Program-made: the position numbers and the translations under genes
Origin: a virus
DNA length: 64,000 nucleotides
Strand: one strand, 5' to 3'
Virus record (IMG/VR): IMGVR_UViG_3300034683_000117
Span: 1 to 64,000 of that record
Shown: positions 59,087 to 64,000 of the stretch, one piece after another
How positions within the stretch are numbered: the stretch's first letter is position 1
Layout of the letters: every line of letters starts with the position of its first letter
The notes under the pieces: model-generated
Seen by the model: only the letters and a program-made list of their open reading frames with translations
Told to the model about the DNA's origin: nothing
Database searches by the model: none

Positions 59087-59107
59087 TAGAGAAGGGAGAT
59101 TAGAAGA

Positions 59108-60082
59108 ATGGCTTTAAAAACTGATAAGGCTGTAGAAGTCTTTACTGCAAGCATATTGCATAAAGCGAATGATAAGGATATAGAGATAGAGGAAGCCCGT
59201 CAAGCTATACGTACGTTGGCGCAGACGCCCAGTCCTGCTAACCGTTGGGAAATAGCACAGATAATGGGCTTTGTTATTGACAATGTATTAGCCGAGCGTA
59301 TGAATTATTTAGATTATATAGCCGATGTGAAGAACGTTGGTATGGGTGAAAAAGCCCAGTTTGCTATTGAACTTGACGGTCTGCAAGCATTTATAATCGC
59401 TAAAGGTGCTACCGTTGAGAGAAGCAAGGTATTAAATAAATATATAACCGTAGATACTGAAGCAGTTGGTATACGCCCGTTTGTGAACTTTACCGAATTA
59501 GCATCTGGTAAGGTAAATTTCGACAGGTTGGCTGTACAGGCTGCTGACAAAATGGAACAAAAAATGATACAGCGCATAGAGGCAGTATTGTACAGTGCGT
59601 TTGCTGGATATGCTGCTCCGAATTATGCATCTGGTTCTGCTGTTGTGCCTGCAACGTTTGACCAGCAGTTACGTGCGTTCCAGCGTTATGGTGATGTAAG
59701 TATAGTTGGCGATATAGATGTTATATCTCAATTAACCAGCTTAACCGGATTCAATAATGTGGTAGCCGATCCATTAATGGTAGAACATAATCAGAACGGA
59801 TTTATAGGCACATATAAAGGTGCCAATGTGGTTAAGTTAATCAACCCGTTTGCAGACGCCAATATGTCTGGTACTGTATTGCGTAATGATTTGTTATATA
59901 TAGTGCCTAGCGGAGACCCTGCTATGCGTCCGTTAAAAGTCGTATTTGAAGGCGGCATACAGTCTATGGACCAAACCAATATAAACGATTTGTCTTATGA
60001 AATGAGATTTGATCGTTTGTTTGGTGTTGGTATAGCGGCTGGCGTCAACCTGCTTGGCGTGTATGAGGATACTTCCATATAG
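59108..60082 (+). CDS. Major capsid protein
   Basis: Position, size, G.IG.YKGA.VV motif; followed by a terminator. Confidence 0.8.
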   Translation: MALKTDKAVEVFTASILHKANDKDIEIEEARQAIRTLAQTPSPANRWEIAQIMGFVIDNVLAERMNYLDYIADVKNVGMGEKAQFAIELDGLQAFIIAKGATVERSKVLNKYITVDTEAVGIRPFVNFTELASGKVNFDRLAVQAADKMEQKMIQRIEAVLYSAFAGYAAPNYASGSAVVPATFDQQLRAFQRYGDVSIVGDIDVISQLTSLTGFNNVVADPLMVEHNQNGFIGTYKGANVVKLINPFADANMSGTVLRNDLLYIVPSGDPAMRPLKVVFEGGIQSMDQTNINDLSYEMRFDRLFGVGIAAGVNLLGVYEDTSI

Positions 60083-60083
60083 T

Positions 60084-60116
60084 TGTAGGGAGGATCACCT
60101 CCCTACCCTATTTTAT
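60084..60116 (+). terminator. Terminator after the capsid gene
   Basis: GTAGGGAGG-atca-CCTCCCTAC followed by a T-rich tail. Confidence 0.7.
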
Positions 60117-60133
60117 TGTAAAGGAGTGGTTGA

Positions 60134-60571
60134 ATGGCGAAACTTGTGAAGGTAATTAACCCTAATAAGTTTGATGTCGGTGTAAAACTCATGGATGGTA
60201 TCCGTTCGATTAATATACGTCATGGCGCATTTACTATGCTTGATGAAAATGAGGTATATTATATAAACCAAGTCAGCGGACTATTTAAGCGCAAAATGTT
60301 AGTAGTTGAAGATGAGGACGTTGTGCAAAATATGGGGTTTGCTCCCGATGAAGCTAAAAATTTGACTGATGATGAAATTGCTACATTACTCAAAGGCAAT
60401 CATTTAAAGATGAAAAAAGAGCTAGAAAAAATTACCGAGCCTCATATTAAAGACAGAGTGTATAATATCGCTAAAACGCTCGACTTGTCCGCGTCTAAGC
60501 TTAAAATTATATCTGATTTTGTAGGTAGACCGATTGAATTAGATGATATATCGTCTGACGATACAGATTAG
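60134..60571 (+). CDS. Head-associated hypothetical protein
   Basis: Synteny with SPbeta-like head modules. Confidence 0.6.
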   Translation: MAKLVKVINPNKFDVGVKLMDGIRSINIRHGAFTMLDENEVYYINQVSGLFKRKMLVVEDEDVVQNMGFAPDEAKNLTDDEIATLLKGNHLKMKKELEKITEPHIKDRVYNIAKTLDLSASKLKIISDFVGRPIELDDISSDDTD

Positions 60572-60573
60572 AG

Positions 60574-61008
60574 GTGGTGGTTATGGCAACCGCCTTAGAA
60601 CCAATTGTTGATGAATTGCAACAAAGCATGAGGTTTTATCCCACACCGATAGTATATGATCGCGATGACTATAGACGTTTTGTTAAAAATGGTGTTAGCA
60701 GATTATATAATGATATGTTGTGGGATAATTTTGATAGTGACATATATACCGAAGAGGTCAATGGTGAGCAGCAATATTTTTTGCGGCGTGATTTAACTAA
60801 TATACAAAAAGAGTATGTATTAATCGAGTCTGAAATTTTGTTTAAAGAACAGGTCAAAGAGCATGTATCTGCGTTAGTTGGCTATACCACCGACGCATTG
60901 AGCATTACCAAAAGCGACCAGCCATACCGTAATCTTAAGGATGATATCGCTGATTTGGAACGAAGGTTGGTATTGCTGTTTTTCAAAATGACTATGGGAG
61001 GGAAGTAG
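60574..61008 (+). CDS. Head-tail adaptor (putative)
   Basis: Synteny. Confidence 0.55.
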   Translation: MVVMATALEPIVDELQQSMRFYPTPIVYDRDDYRRFVKNGVSRLYNDMLWDNFDSDIYTEEVNGEQQYFLRRDLTNIQKEYVLIESEILFKEQVKEHVSALVGYTTDALSITKSDQPYRNLKDDIADLERRLVLLFFKMTMGGK

Positions 61009-61009
61009 T

Positions 61010-61648
61010 GTGTATGTTTATATCCCCCCTACCCTGCAACAAGATTTTGAAGATGTGTTACAAAGCCCACTTGCCAAAAGCTATACTGTTAATTTTGATT
61101 TAACCAACGTTGTGCGTGCGATATTATACGAACCAAGTAACTCACAATTTAAATCCCCTGATGGTAGTTTTATGTTGCGCGCCAGTGATAAAAGCGTAAT
61201 AAAAAAGGGTGACTATTTAAGTATTGATAATACCGTGTACTTGGTTGTATGGGCTATTAATGAAACATTGCCAAACAGCATCAAAAGCCGTGTTCAGCAA
61301 TGTAATGCCAAGATTGATATTAAGCGTTGGCACGATGCTGTTTTAGATAGTAACGGTATGTTCATTGACGAGGCAGGATATAATGACATTGTTAAAGACC
61401 TGTGGGCTGTTGTATACAATGGCGGCAGGCCAACATTCAGTCTTAGCAACGGTGTGGTTGGTATTGTGCCTTCTAATGATGTTGTAGTAGCTGTTCAATA
61501 TAATGTCAGTACCCAACAAATTAAACCAGATGACGTATTAATTATTAATAATGATTCGTGCAGAGTTATTGGGATTGATTATACACAGCTCAATACTGAT
61601 GGTCAAAGCGGTATGTTATTGATTACGTCACAAAAGATTCCAAGTTAG
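61010..61648 (+). CDS. Head closure protein (putative)
   Basis: IKKGDYL...YLV...CN motif; synteny. Confidence 0.55.
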   Translation: MYVYIPPTLQQDFEDVLQSPLAKSYTVNFDLTNVVRAILYEPSNSQFKSPDGSFMLRASDKSVIKKGDYLSIDNTVYLVVWAINETLPNSIKSRVQQCNAKIDIKRWHDAVLDSNGMFIDEAGYNDIVKDLWAVVYNGGRPTFSLSNGVVGIVPSNDVVVAVQYNVSTQQIKPDDVLIINNDSCRVIGIDYTQLNTDGQSGMLLITSQKIPS

Positions 61649-61651
61649 GAA

Positions 61652-62260
61652 GTGGCTTATATGCAGCTTAATATGTTAAAGTTCGATACACAACGTTTAA
61701 CTAATGACTTTTTAGATGCGGTTGACAAAGAATTGGATATTGTTGCACAACATGCTGTAGAATATATGCAACAGGAAATAAGTCAAATTCCCAACGGACC
61801 ACATTATGCATCCCGATGGAATGACAATGTCAAAAATGCTATTAAATATACAGGGATGCGAACAGCTACAAGCATATTAAAAAAAGTGGGTATTATTGAC
61901 CAAGACAATTTGTTAGTGTTGAATCAGGCGTTGGCTACTAATTATGGTATTGGTAGTACGTTAAGTACTGACAATCCATATCTTGAAGAATTTGAACAGT
62001 CAGAATACTTCAATAAGGCACGTAAGTCTTTGGGATATACAATAGTAACACGCCCAGGTCAATATGTATATGATTATGATTTAGGCACATGGTATCAGAG
62101 CAGGGCAAAAAGTGTGTATACACTAGATTGGTTGTACCAATATCCAAGTTACTTTTTTGAAAATGCTATGAAACTTGTCCAAGACGAATATGATCGTGTA
62201 TTAGAGCGTGTGTTTGATCGTTTTGATTTTTCAAAATATCTGATTACTGATAGTAAATAA
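61652..62260 (+). CDS. Neck/tail completion protein (putative)
   Basis: Synteny; P..FFENA. Confidence 0.5.
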   Translation: MAYMQLNMLKFDTQRLTNDFLDAVDKELDIVAQHAVEYMQQEISQIPNGPHYASRWNDNVKNAIKYTGMRTATSILKKVGIIDQDNLLVLNQALATNYGIGSTLSTDNPYLEEFEQSEYFNKARKSLGYTIVTRPGQYVYDYDLGTWYQSRAKSVYTLDWLYQYPSYFFENAMKLVQDEYDRVLERVFDRFDFSKYLITDSK

Positions 62261-62321
62261 CCCTCTCATGGGTTAATTCTATTTTTCACCCTTCCAAGGG
62301 TTACCTTTTGGAGGTGGTTCA

Positions 62322-62774
62322 ATGGCTAATATTGCCGCAGACTATGCTGCAATATTAAAAACTCTTATTAATGATAATGAGTTAAAAGAATTGATGTTAA
62401 TTCCGTTTAGTGAACAAAGCAATTTTGCTAAACTGCGTAGCACGTATTTTGTTGAATCGTACACATCTGATGTAATGACTACAGAGCAACTTTGTAGATT
62501 GGTGATCCACCCTGCCCCGCAGGGTTCGACTGGCAATCCAATGATCAGAGATGACAGTGTCATTATCGAGATATTTGTGCCTGTTCAACAAGATGCCATG
62601 GAAGGATTTGAGCGACGTGTGCTAAAGATTGCCGGAAGGATAATCAAATTACTTCATCGCCAACGCATGAACGACAGGTTGTTATGGTTGACTGGACAGA
62701 ATGAGTTATTTAGTAGTATCGAGGGTTTCCGCAGGTACTACGTGAGGTTTAATTACAAACGAGCCTATAGTTAA
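62322..62774 (+). CDS. Tail terminator protein (putative)
   Basis: Directly upstream of the major tail gene. Confidence 0.5.
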   Translation: MANIAADYAAILKTLINDNELKELMLIPFSEQSNFAKLRSTYFVESYTSDVMTTEQLCRLVIHPAPQGSTGNPMIRDDSVIIEIFVPVQQDAMEGFERRVLKIAGRIIKLLHRQRMNDRLLWLTGQNELFSSIEGFRRYYVRFNYKRAYS

Positions 62775-62792
62775 ATTTAAGGAGGAAATGAA

Positions 62793-63560
62793 ATGGCGAC
62801 TCAACGTGGTTTTATAATTGATGCACCAAATGCATTGGTTGAACCTTTTGACGGCGGCGATATAGTACATGTGCTTACCGCTACTAGAGGTGAAGTAACA
62901 TTCGCCGGAGAATCTGTTGATGTTAATGGTGGCTGGGGGTTCTACCCGTTGGCATCTATACCTACTACCCGTACAATTACTGTAAATCTGTCTGATGCTG
63001 AATGGGATTTGCAGTATCTAAGGATGGTAACTGGTGGTACAGTATCAACTGGAGCAGATGAATTCACATATTTTGGTGATAAATATGTTATAGACGATAC
63101 CACATATAAAATTACCATTCCTAAAGTTGTGGTAACTGGGAGTGTAAAAATTGCCGGATATACGGAAACGACAGAAGTCACACCAACTGGCCAACAGTTT
63201 AAAGTTACGGTAGCTGCAGATTCTACCGAAGTATTATTCGCATCTACCGAAGCTGGCAAGGTGGTTATGCCGTCGTATCGTGTGAGTATAACGGATGCAG
63301 TTGCGCTTGCAACCAAGACAAACGACTTCCCAAAAACCGCTGCTGTCACTTTAATGTTCCCGATATATGAATCAGAAAGCGACGACGCAACTATAACGGG
63401 ATATGGTGAGCTAATTATATACAAAGCCAGAATAATGGCAGATTTCACGATTGGTGGCGATGCTAAATCAGCATATGCACCAAGCGTACAGTTCTCTGCG
63501 CTTGATCCGAAGCGCCCTGACAAAAATATGTTCAAATTTGTTTATGCTCCTGTAGCCTAA
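62793..63560 (+). CDS. Major tail tube protein
   Basis: Thr/Val-rich beta protein, strong RBS, C-terminal F.ALDP.R.D; followed by a hairpin. Confidence 0.75.
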   Translation: MATQRGFIIDAPNALVEPFDGGDIVHVLTATRGEVTFAGESVDVNGGWGFYPLASIPTTRTITVNLSDAEWDLQYLRMVTGGTVSTGADEFTYFGDKYVIDDTTYKITIPKVVVTGSVKIAGYTETTEVTPTGQQFKVTVAADSTEVLFASTEAGKVVMPSYRVSITDAVALATKTNDFPKTAAVTLMFPIYESESDDATITGYGELIIYKARIMADFTIGGDAKSAYAPSVQFSALDPKRPDKNMFKFVYAPVA

Positions 63561-63678
63561 TAAGTTAGGCTAGTAATGATTCATGGGGAGTGTCTGGCTG
63601 CACGCCACCTCCCCTACCCTATTCAATTTTACAATTCAAATTTGCAATTCAAATTTGCAAATCAAGGAGGCTATTTAG

Positions 63679-64000
63679 ATGGCAAACTCTTCTAAAAATC
63701 TTACTGTTAATGATGCTAACACAGTAGTTATTAATGGCAAACCTTATAAATTACAAATGGTTACAATGAAATATATAAAAGACGGATTTTATAGCAATTT
63801 TATATTGCTGAATAAGTTTAGTTTAGTCCGTATGGGTGGTTTTGAAGATGGCCCAGATATTATAAAAAAGTTTTTATTGGCTGTTTTTCAAGACGAACAA
63901 ATAGTTGATGAAATATATGATGTTTTAGATGCCAAAATATTCAAAGAAATATTAAACAAAGTTAAAACGATGAATGAACTTGAGGATGAAGAAGAACTAA
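63679..64000 (+). CDS. Tail assembly chaperone (partial, runs off the window)
   Basis: MANSSKNLTVND... open to the window end; AGGAGG RBS; follows the major tail gene. Confidence 0.6.
   Translation, partial: MANSSKNLTVNDANTVVINGKPYKLQMVTMKYIKDGFYSNFILLNKFSLVRMGGFEDGPDIIKKFLLAVFQDEQIVDEIYDVLDAKIFKEILNKVKTMNELEDEEEL

Noticed and set aside
169-63535. Numerous antisense or nested ORFs in the six-frame track (e.g. 169-660, 29034-29486, 62942-63535)
   Set aside because: Shadow ORFs overlapping well-supported genes, without RBS or recognisable motifs

Overview
This window is most of the genome of a large, low-GC, temperate SPbeta-like siphophage, probably infecting a Clostridia-type Firmicute, opened inside the morphogenesis region. 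1-5.3 kb (+): tail-tip genes, a tyrosine recombinase and an XhlA-like gene. 5.7-41.7 kb (-): replication and nucleotide metabolism (Holliday junction resolvase, DnaE, ThyX, NUDIX, intein-containing class II RNR, deoxyribosyltransferase, four DNA methyltransferases plus a PAPS-reductase-family protein, primase, helicase, Gmk, tRNA-Thr, Sak4/SSB), a lysogeny-like block (LexA box, MrpR-like gene, XerC/D-like gene) and an early host-takeover island with six copies of a private promoter motif, headed by a phage sigma factor. 41.7-44.4 kb: a non-coding strand-switch/origin region. 44.4-64 kb (+): Rep-like protein, a frameshifted sigma-like gene, lysis genes, IS607-type TnpB, PhoH, terminase, portal, capsid and tail genes. 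The most striking element is a 79-nt 'mini-tmRNA' at 37315-37393 (-): a complete tRNA-like domain with G3-U and encoded CCA but no mRNA-like domain. It lies directly downstream of an Ocr-like DNA-mimic gene and a candidate Crn4-like ring nuclease in the early island. All calls come from reading motifs by eye; no database searches were run.
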